Shown here: in pieces, positions 59,131 to 64,000 of the stretch | Layout of the letters: the number at the start of each line of letters is the position of its first letter | Position numbering within the stretch: the stretch's first letter is position 1 | Program-made: the position numbers and the translations under genes | Assembly (NCBI GenBank): GCA_048887225.1 | Contig: JBHLJY010000010.1 | Span: forward strand, 23,838 to 87,837 | Origin: Candidatus Hodarchaeota archaeon | Lineage (GTDB): Archaea > Asgardarchaeota > Lokiarchaeia > Sigyniarchaeales > SOKP01 | Length of the DNA stretch: 64,000 nt | Direction of reading: 5' to 3' | The notes under the pieces: model-generated | Seen by the model: the letters and a program-made list of their open reading frames with translations, nothing else | What the model was told of the DNA's origin: nothing | Database searches by the model: none

Positions 59131-61377
59131 TTAAATTTTTGCCATTAAATTAAGTAAATATTCATCAATTTTCTTTAGTACTGGTCTTAGTCTCTTGGTT
59201 AGGATGTTTTGAATTTCATATTTTGACAAATATTTTTCATTATTATTTCGTAATTCATCTACGGTTGATTTTGCTATAAATTCCCCCATTTTTCCAAGAT
59301 CTACTAATTTACAGTGAATTTTATTTTTTCTACTAAATTTTTTAATAGGACTTTCTAGTGGAATTTTAAATATATGTCTAGAGCTTCTCTTTATTTGGAT
59401 TTGTTTAGTCATAATATTTGAATTCAATAGTGCTACTAGATAGTATGCTTCATCAATGTTTTCTGTGGCATAAAAGCTTAAATCTCCAGTAACTAAATAA
59501 TTTCCGTGAATTATCGCTGAATTTAGAATTGAGCCTGAATTATTGTAAACAACTTTAATTTTGGATAATTGTCTTTTATTTATCAATTTTGACCATCGAT
59601 TTAAGTTATCCATCAAAGATTTATGGCTAGTTGTGCTTTTCTTTAATTTTAAATAGATCTTATTAATTTTATCATAGAAATTTTTAGCATATGGCAATAA
59701 TTGGTTGTAATTAAAGCTCAAATCTACTTTTGAAAGAGGTAAAAAAACTTTGAAATAATCAAATATATAGAATTTTACTAATTCTGTACTTTTAACTATT
59801 TTAAAAAGATATTTTTCTTCAACAATTTCGTTTTCAAACTCCTTTTTATTCCAAGGCGTTTTAGATCTTTTAAAAATTCTTTCGTCAGGATTTATCTTTA
59901 ATAAAAAATCGTTTATATTATCAACTGTAACGAATATTAAATTTCTTGGATTTAAATCTGCTCCCTTATGAAATAAATTTTTGTAATAACTCTCTCCAGA
60001 GAGGAATAATTTATTTCTTTGTTTTTTTAGAATTAGTTTTTTAGTATAAAATTTATTTCCTTTTTTTTCAATAGAATAAGGAACTAAAGTCTTAATTTCT
60101 TTCAGTTTTAATTCTATATCAGTAAAGTAATTTATATTATTATTTTCATTTTTTAATGTGAAATGATAATCTGGCACTTCTAAATTCAAATTTAGTTGAG
60201 TTTTTTCGGATTTTTGAGCTAAAATGCATAAAAAATCAATGTTAAATATTTTTTCAATCTTTTTATTAAACGTCCAGATTTTAACATTCTTAAATCCTTT
60301 AAAATTGCGAAATCGAGATGCATGGGAGCCAGTTATTACACCTTTGGGTATTACAAAAAATATTTTGCCATTCTTTTTCATAAAAAGATTTTTCGATTGA
60401 TAGAAGAAAAGTGCTGAAATTTCAATATTAAGAATATTTTTTGGTCTTGGTTTAACTTCAAGTTGTTCTGCTAACTTTTTTATTTTTTCTTGTAAAGAAG
60501 AAGATTCTATATCTCTGAAAGTATACCATGGTGGGTTTCCTATTACGAGATCAAATATTTTTTTTTCATTTTGAAATAAAGAATCTACTACATACAAATT
60601 AATATGTAAGTCCTCACAGGTTGATAGATCTTTAAGAAATATTAAGAAATTAATTTTAGAGATAAAAATTGCGATTGGATTAAAGTCAAAGCCATAAACA
60701 TTATTAATTGCTAAAATTTTTTCTAGTTCGTTTTTATTAGCTGAAATTATTTTTTTTAATATTTCAATCAAGAAATTTCCTGACCCACAACAAGGATCAA
60801 GAACCGACTCTCCAAAATTATAAGCTTCGCTAATCATCTTTTTTACTAAAAATGGAGGAGTATAATATTCACCTGATTTATGTCTAATTATTGGAGAGAT
60901 TATGTTTTGAATCAAATAATCAAATTTATATTCAAGATTAATATCCAAATTAAAGGTATATTCAGCTAGATTGCTAATGAGTGATCTGTATGAACTAAAA
61001 TCTGGGTTTTCATATAATTTAATTAATGGAAGAAAATACTCAAAATTAAATAAATTAAGACATTTGAAATTTTCTTTAATAAATCTTTGGCAATTTTCAA
61101 AAAATTCGATGTTTATATTTTTATAATTAATAGATTTATTTTTATTTATAACAAATTTAAAGATAAAAATATGTCCGATGAAATATATCAGAGAAAAAAT
61201 AATATATAATTCTACATTTACGCTTTTTGGACCATATATCAATTGAAAATCATTATACCAGCTTTTGAAATGATTATCTTTGTTAATTTTTTCTTTAAGT
61301 ATAAAATCCTTTAAGTTTTTAATTTCCTCATCTAATTTAAAATTACTATTTTTAAAATATCCTAAAGTACTAAACAA
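59131..61377 (-). CDS. N6-adenine DNA methyltransferase with C-terminal target-recognition region
   Basis: GEYYTP, LDPCCGSGNF (SAM motif I), IGNPPW (motif IV), ALLNS. Confidence 0.9.
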   Translation of the reverse strand: MFSTLGYFKNSNFKLDEEIKNLKDFILKEKINKDNHFKSWYNDFQLIYGPKSVNVELYIIFSLIYFIGHIFIFKFVINKNKSINYKNINIEFFENCQRFIKENFKCLNLFNFEYFLPLIKLYENPDFSSYRSLISNLAEYTFNLDINLEYKFDYLIQNIISPIIRHKSGEYYTPPFLVKKMISEAYNFGESVLDPCCGSGNFLIEILKKIISANKNELEKILAINNVYGFDFNPIAIFISKINFLIFLKDLSTCEDLHINLYVVDSLFQNEKKIFDLVIGNPPWYTFRDIESSSLQEKIKKLAEQLEVKPRPKNILNIEISALFFYQSKNLFMKKNGKIFFVIPKGVITGSHASRFRNFKGFKNVKIWTFNKKIEKIFNIDFLCILAQKSEKTQLNLNLEVPDYHFTLKNENNNINYFTDIELKLKEIKTLVPYSIEKKGNKFYTKKLILKKQRNKLFLSGESYYKNLFHKGADLNPRNLIFVTVDNINDFLLKINPDERIFKRSKTPWNKKEFENEIVEEKYLFKIVKSTELVKFYIFDYFKVFLPLSKVDLSFNYNQLLPYAKNFYDKINKIYLKLKKSTTSHKSLMDNLNRWSKLINKRQLSKIKVVYNNSGSILNSAIIHGNYLVTGDLSFYATENIDEAYYLVALLNSNIMTKQIQIKRSSRHIFKIPLESPIKKFSRKNKIHCKLVDLGKMGEFIAKSTVDELRNNNEKYLSKYEIQNILTKRLRPVLKKIDEYLLNLMAKI

Positions 61378-61534
61378 AGATTATTACTCCATTTACCTTT
61401 TTAAACTTATTAATGTATTTATCATTATCATTAAAAAATTAATGTTATTATTAAACGAGAATTAAATCAAAATTTTTAATTAATTAACATTACCTAATTT
61501 AATATTAACAAGGAAAAAAAGAGATATTCTTATT

Positions 61535-62161
61535 TTGACTACAAGTGAAATTAAACTTTCTAAAAATCTTGAAAATGGAAAGAAATTCTCTTGTAAAATG
61601 TGCGGGACCTGTTGTAGAGGTCTTCACGAGGGAGAGGTGTATCTTTATAGAGCTGACATAGTTAGACTGGCAAAACATTTAAAATTAAAAGGTAGATTAG
61701 GTTTAAGAACATTTGCCAGAAAATATGCAAAAATAATTGATGAATCATTTTATTGGAAAGAACCTGGAGCAAAAAAAGGACGAAATTATAAATTTAAGAC
61801 TTTAGCTTTTAGGTTTACGGGAGACGACGATCATTGCTATTTTTTAGATGAGAATAATTTATGTACTGTTCATAAAGCAAGACCGTTTCAATGTCGTTGT
61901 TTCCCTTGGTGGCGCATGATGGTGAACTCATCTTCTGGCTGGAAAAATTTGATTAATTATTCAAAAAAATGTCCAGGTTTACATGATTCTCTTTCAGAGA
62001 ATCATAGAGGGAAGTTTTATTCTAGAGAAGAAATCTTAAAATGGGCAAAAAGAGAGTATAAGATTGAAAAAAAATTTTTCTTGGAAATGAAAAATAACAA
62101 TTTTGACATTTTCAAAGTATATGATTTTATTTCTGAAATAGAAGAAATTAATCAACAATAA
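61535..62161 (+). CDS. YkgJ-family CxxCxxCC protein
   Basis: CKMCGTCC, C.FL..NLC.VH.ARP.QCR.FPWW, CPG. Confidence 0.88.
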   Translation: MTTSEIKLSKNLENGKKFSCKMCGTCCRGLHEGEVYLYRADIVRLAKHLKLKGRLGLRTFARKYAKIIDESFYWKEPGAKKGRNYKFKTLAFRFTGDDDHCYFLDENNLCTVHKARPFQCRCFPWWRMMVNSSSGWKNLINYSKKCPGLHDSLSENHRGKFYSREEILKWAKREYKIEKKFFLEMKNNNFDIFKVYDFISEIEEINQQ

Positions 62162-62320
62162 CTTTCTATTTTTGTGGTAACTCACATATTTCTTTTATAA
62201 TTAACACAAATTAGTTTTATAATTACTTTATTTATCTATTATTTTTTATTACAAATAATTATTAAAATTCTAAAGGTTATATAAATCATAGAGAACTTCG
62301 CATTAGTGAGAAAATAAAGT

Positions 62321-64000
62321 ATGAAGATAGGATTATTCATATGTGATTGTGGAAAAAATATAAGCGGTGTTATTGATACATCTGAATTAAAAGAACATTT
62401 TAAGGATTATCCTGATATTTTTGTTTTTGGCAATCAATATTTATGTTCTGAATTGGGTCTAAATGAATTAATAGACGAGATAAAGAAACAAAAAATTTCT
62501 CGTGTGGTTATAGCAGCGTGTTCCTTTAAATTACATGGTCTTTTATTTCAAAAGACAATAGAACAAGCGGGGATTAATAGGTTTCTTATCGCTTTTGCAA
62601 ATATTCGTGAGCAAAATTCTTGGGTACATCCAGATGAACCAGATAAAGCCACGCAAAAAGCTCTTGATCAAATCAATATGGCAATAGCACAAGTTAAACT
62701 TTTAGAACCGTTAAAAGTTCAATATTCCAGCATCACACCAACAACCTTAATTATTGGTGGTGGAATTTCGGGAATTAAAGCGGCATTTCTAATTGCGAAT
62801 GCGGGGTATAAAGTTTATCTAGTAGAAAGAGATCTTACAATTGGAGGTCATATGGCCCTTTTTGATAAGACTTTTCCCACATTAGATTGTAGTATATGTA
62901 TTTTAGGACCATTAATGAGCGAGGTTAAAGACCATCCTAATATTGAATTATTAACGTATTCAGAAGTGGAGAAAATAGAAGGCTATGTTGGCAATTTCGA
63001 TGTTACCATCAAAAAAAATCCCCGCTTTATTGTTGAAGATAATTGCGTAGGATGTTTCGATACATGTCGAGTGGTCTGTCCCATTGATATTGAAGATACT
63101 TTTTATCCACGAAAGGCTATTGATATTCCATATCCACAAGCGATTCCACTTTACCCTAATATAATGGAAGAATATTGCATTGGATGTAAGGCTTGTGAAC
63201 AAGCATGTGGAGATAGAGAAGCAATTGATTTCGATCAAAAACCAGAGGTTTTTAATATAAAAGTTGGAACGATAATTGTCGCAACTGGTTTTAAAACATT
63301 CGATCCAACTTTATTATCAGAATTAAATTACCATAAATATAGTGATGTTATAACTACCATGCAAATGGAACGATTATTAAATAGTGATGGTCCAACTAAA
63401 GGAAAAATTGTAAGACCATCAAACGGTGAACCCCCGAGAAAGGTTTCTTTTATTTTATGTGTTGGTTCAAGAAATAAGAAAATTCATCGCGAATATTGTA
63501 GCCAAGTTTGTTGTAATGTGGCAATAAAACAGGCTATTTTATTAAAAAAAGAATATCCTGATATTAAAATTAATATCTATTTTACAGATATTAGAGCTGT
63601 AGGAAAAAATTGTGAAGAATTCTATAATAGAGCTCGTGAAGTTTTTGGAATAAGGTTCATAAAAAGTAATGTTTCAGCAATATTGAAAAGCGATATTTCT
63701 GATGAGGTATTAGTTCGAGGAGAAGACGTTATCGAAAATCGACTTTTCGAGAATAAAACTGATTTAGTAGTTTTGGCCGTAGGTATCGAACCTGCAGACG
63801 GAACTGATGAATTAAGTAAATTATTGAATATTTCTCAAGATCCTTATGGATTCTTTCTTGAAAAACATTTAAAGGTAAAACCTTCAGAAACCTCTGTAAA
63901 TGGAATATTTTTAGCGGGAATGATACAAGGACCTAAAGATATTCCTACAAGCATTGCTCACGCTGAAAGTGCTGCTGCAAAGGCTGTTGCTTTAATAGCA
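62321..64000 (+). CDS. hdrA: Heterodisulfide reductase subunit A (partial, runs off window end; absent from ORF track)
   Basis: Own translation: MKIGLFICDCGKNI, AACS, NIREQNSWVH, IIGGGISG, DKTFPTLDCSICILGP, two ferredoxin motifs, CVGSR, YCSQVCC, QGPKDIP. Confidence 0.95.
   Translation, partial: MKIGLFICDCGKNISGVIDTSELKEHFKDYPDIFVFGNQYLCSELGLNELIDEIKKQKISRVVIAACSFKLHGLLFQKTIEQAGINRFLIAFANIREQNSWVHPDEPDKATQKALDQINMAIAQVKLLEPLKVQYSSITPTTLIIGGGISGIKAAFLIANAGYKVYLVERDLTIGGHMALFDKTFPTLDCSICILGPLMSEVKDHPNIELLTYSEVEKIEGYVGNFDVTIKKNPRFIVEDNCVGCFDTCRVVCPIDIEDTFYPRKAIDIPYPQAIPLYPNIMEEYCIGCKACEQACGDREAIDFDQKPEVFNIKVGTIIVATGFKTFDPTLLSELNYHKYSDVITTMQMERLLNSDGPTKGKIVRPSNGEPPRKVSFILCVGSRNKKIHREYCSQVCCNVAIKQAILLKKEYPDIKINIYFTDIRAVGKNCEEFYNRAREVFGIRFIKSNVSAILKSDISDEVLVRGEDVIENRLFENKTDLVVLAVGIEPADGTDELSKLLNISQDPYGFFLEKHLKVKPSETSVNGIFLAGMIQGPKDIPTSIAHAESAAAKAVALIA

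Noticed and set aside
1271-63238. Short ORF-track entries antisense to or nested in longer genes (e.g. 1271..1510, 4013..4375, 41220..41510, 47733..48200, 62960..63238)
   Set aside because: Shadow ORFs of well-supported genes with no motifs of their own
62321-64000. Selenocysteine recoding in hdrA, considered because Lokiarchaeia encode Sec and the gene was missing from the ORF track
   Set aside because: The usual Sec position reads DCSIC with TGT, and the frame appears open to the window end. The gene is missing only because its stop lies outside the window.

Overview
AT-rich archaeal chromosomal window. Gene content points to an Asgard (Lokiarchaeia/Promethearchaeota-like) genome: a Rab-like small GTPase, three uDENN/longin-like proteins, three MPN/JAB proteins, PAC2, HdrA/B/C, MA1821/MA1822-type homocysteine genes, and GGTGA-type Shine-Dalgarno sites. 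It holds about 60 CDSs. I found no rRNA, tRNA, CRISPR array or recognisable transposase. Main candidate novel system (2598-7204): a soluble 4xPAS histidine kinase, a stand-alone receiver, a receiver fused to a uDENN/longin domain with an FLCN/SMCR8-like arginine-finger motif, and a Rab-like GTPase. This looks like a two-component phosphorelay wired to a eukaryote-type GTPase switch. Other highlights: (1) an active/inactive (MPN+/MPN-) pair of coiled-coil JAMM paralogues; (2) an operon of three membrane-anchored left-handed beta-helix acyltransferases resembling a split Pls-type C1-C2-C3 module; (3) a candidate ~130-nt structured ncRNA with its own promoter; (4) a copper locus with an unusual CopA tail and an operator palindrome; (5) duplicated iscU genes; (6) several microproteins missed by the ORF track. 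All family calls come from motif recognition by eye; no database searches were run.
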